Shown here: positions 62,213-64,000 of the stretch, piece by piece
Position numbering within the stretch: position 1 is the stretch's first letter
Layout of the letters: each line of letters begins with the position of its first letter
Source: Squalus acanthias
Taxonomy: Eukaryota
Assembly (NCBI GenBank): GCA_030390025.1
Contig: CM059449.1
Coordinates: 15,686,001 to 15,750,000, forward strand
Length of the DNA stretch: 64,000 bases
Direction of reading: 5' to 3'
Translations under genes and position numbers: made by a program
The notes under the pieces: generated by a model
The model's database searches: none
Told to the model about the DNA's origin: nothing
The model's input: the letters and a program-made list of their open reading frames with translations, nothing else

Positions 62213-63398
62213 TATCGGCTCAAGAACATGGACCGGGAGATCTGACTGCAACCTAATTTTATTCTTCTCACATTTTACATGCATTCACTTAGTTCCAAGT
62301 CGTTTTCCTACCTATCCTTATATAAATGATGACAAATCTTCCAGCCCATACATATTTTAATCGATTTGTTCCATCCAGTGTTAATCCCGCTCTATATTGT
62401 TAAAGAAAAATATGGTGTGCTAAATTTGGGCATACTTCTGCTACGGGCCCTGGCGATGCTTAGGTGTGCCGAGCTTTGAGACGTCCTGCCAAGTAATCAT
62501 TTCTCGGGGAGCTGGTTCTGCCGATCGTCTACCGTGACTTCGCTGGAAGTTCGGCAGAACACCGCTTTATCTATTCCGCGCTTCTTCTGAGTTCCGCCTA
62601 TCTTCCGCTCACGTTACCAGAGGAGAGCGGGAGAACCCCGCAGAAGTCGTTTCGCCCGCCCCCTTTGAGTTTAACATAAAACATTAATTTTAATAAAAGT
62701 TACAACGGAAAATCAACAGAACAACCGGACATGATTCAACTGAGAAGAACTTTTATTCCGAAAATGTCAAATACTTTACAGGATTATGATGAAATGTAAG
62801 GAGTTATGTGATGAAACTAGGCTGAGTGAACAGCAACGAGTATGAACGCTCAACATGTTGGTTTTCATTTTAACAGCGGCATGAACCTGTTTATTTTCTA
62901 GGATAACACGCTCCTAAACATAGGGGACTGATACATGTCATACAAATGTGATAAATGTTCACAACTAACACTAAAGATTCTAATGTTAAAGCATTGGAGA
63001 TTCCAAGACCTTGTTACTGAATTATGTGAGGATAAACCTCACTCACTAAGTTAGAGGACAAAACATTCGCCTGGAAATTCCCATGGAGGGTTCTCTGATC
63101 ATCCGCCGTTGAAGATCCAACAGAACCCCCGAGCATCCGCCCAAGTTACGGCGGGAGATCGGGACAACTCTGCGGAAATTCCACCACTTGTCCATCGGGG
63201 GAGCGGGGGGGGGGGCGCGTCTCATCATTGGGGTGGAATATATCGGCTCCGCTTACTTCACCGAAGCGTACAACACCGCTTCTCGCTTCACACAGCGCTC
63301 AGTTTGATTGCTGTCCTGAATATTCAGCGTGACGTATTGGAACTTCTCATCTCCCTCTCTCTATTGAGATGAAAGGGTTTCAGTATTGAATAAAATAT

Positions 63399-64000
63399 TG
63401 GCCCAGAAATTGATCTCGCTCTGTTCCCGCGGGGGTAAGGCTTTCCCGCGATCTCTCACCTCGCTTGTGCTTTTTCAGATCCAGCTCGCACGAACTTCAT
63501 GTTCTAGAGATCAGCTGGGCAGTGCTTGCGTATCCCAGCGGCGTAGTGAATTCGTGCGAGCTGTGGGATCACGTGACTCAGTTAGAGCCAATGGCAGCAC
63601 ACCATCTCCATTCATAAGTTTCACAGCAGGGCAGTGAAATCTATGAATCTTACACCCCCCCAAAATAACAGCTAAACCTCAATTAAATTTTAAAAAAAAC
63701 CATCACATTAATAAAATAAGTATAGTTAATTAAATTAACCATTTTAAATAAAAAATTAAATTTTTGAAAAAATTTAAAATCTTTTAAAAAGTTATAAAAA
63801 TAAACTTACCTGTCTTTAAAGTCTCTAAAAAAGATATACCTGTTAAAAAAAATTCAAAAAAATACTTAATTCACTACTTACCTTCTTAAAAGTGGGTCTT
63901 ACTCCTTTTTACATTTCCAAAATCTTCCGTACTTACCTGCGCGTCCAAAGCATGAAGTGCACAGCGTGCGCGCAGCCTGTAGCGCGCACGCGATGCACCG
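63399..64000. mobile_element. Second copy of the 4554-5400 transposon, inverted, running off the window end
   Basis: Reverse complement of ~4797-5400 with scattered substitutions. The flanks diverge right after ccaatat. Confidence 0.85.

Noticed and set aside
4554-64000. Large inverted segmental duplication or giant transposon bounded by 4797-5400 and 63399-64000
   Set aside because: Similarity stops at the element's own terminus and the inner flanks are unrelated, which fits two independent MITE insertions.

Overview
This is eukaryotic, repeat-rich DNA, very probably from a cartilaginous fish (shark or ray). That inference rests on the V-SINE/HE1-type, Deu-domain SINE, CR1, L2 and Penelope-like repeats. 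There is one host gene: a spliced NKp30/NCR3-like receptor on the + strand, with leader 44971-45022, germline-joined VJ-type Ig exon 46745-47086, and TM exon 47273-47424 carrying a charged Arg; its last exon is uncertain. An 8.3-kb endogenous retrovirus lies at 7828-16141 (- strand), with 521-bp LTRs about 99% identical, a GGTC TSD, a tRNA-Gln PBS and a PPT, inserted into a Penelope GIY-YIG ORF. Its interior is a mosaic. It holds a class I (gamma/epsilon-like) integrase and CWVC env, plus a foamy/lokiretrovirus-like RT fragment and a second, unrelated fusion-protein relic. This apparent two-lineage, two-envelope chimera is the most novel item. A ~25.4-kb macrosatellite of 13 units of ~1,975 bp (17360-42793) is built from CR1/SINE debris, with a 3,943-bp higher-order dimer and an inverted CR1 pair across each unit boundary; it ends ~2.2 kb upstream of the NCR3 ATG. 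Several Penelope terminal repeats carry minimal hammerhead ribozyme motifs, one intact at 44218-44254. A near full-length ORF1-less LINE with a tRNA-derived 5' head (59020-62212) occurs alongside SINEs that look like its internal-deletion derivatives. All family assignments come from motif recognition by eye, with no database searches, and most repeat boundaries are approximate.
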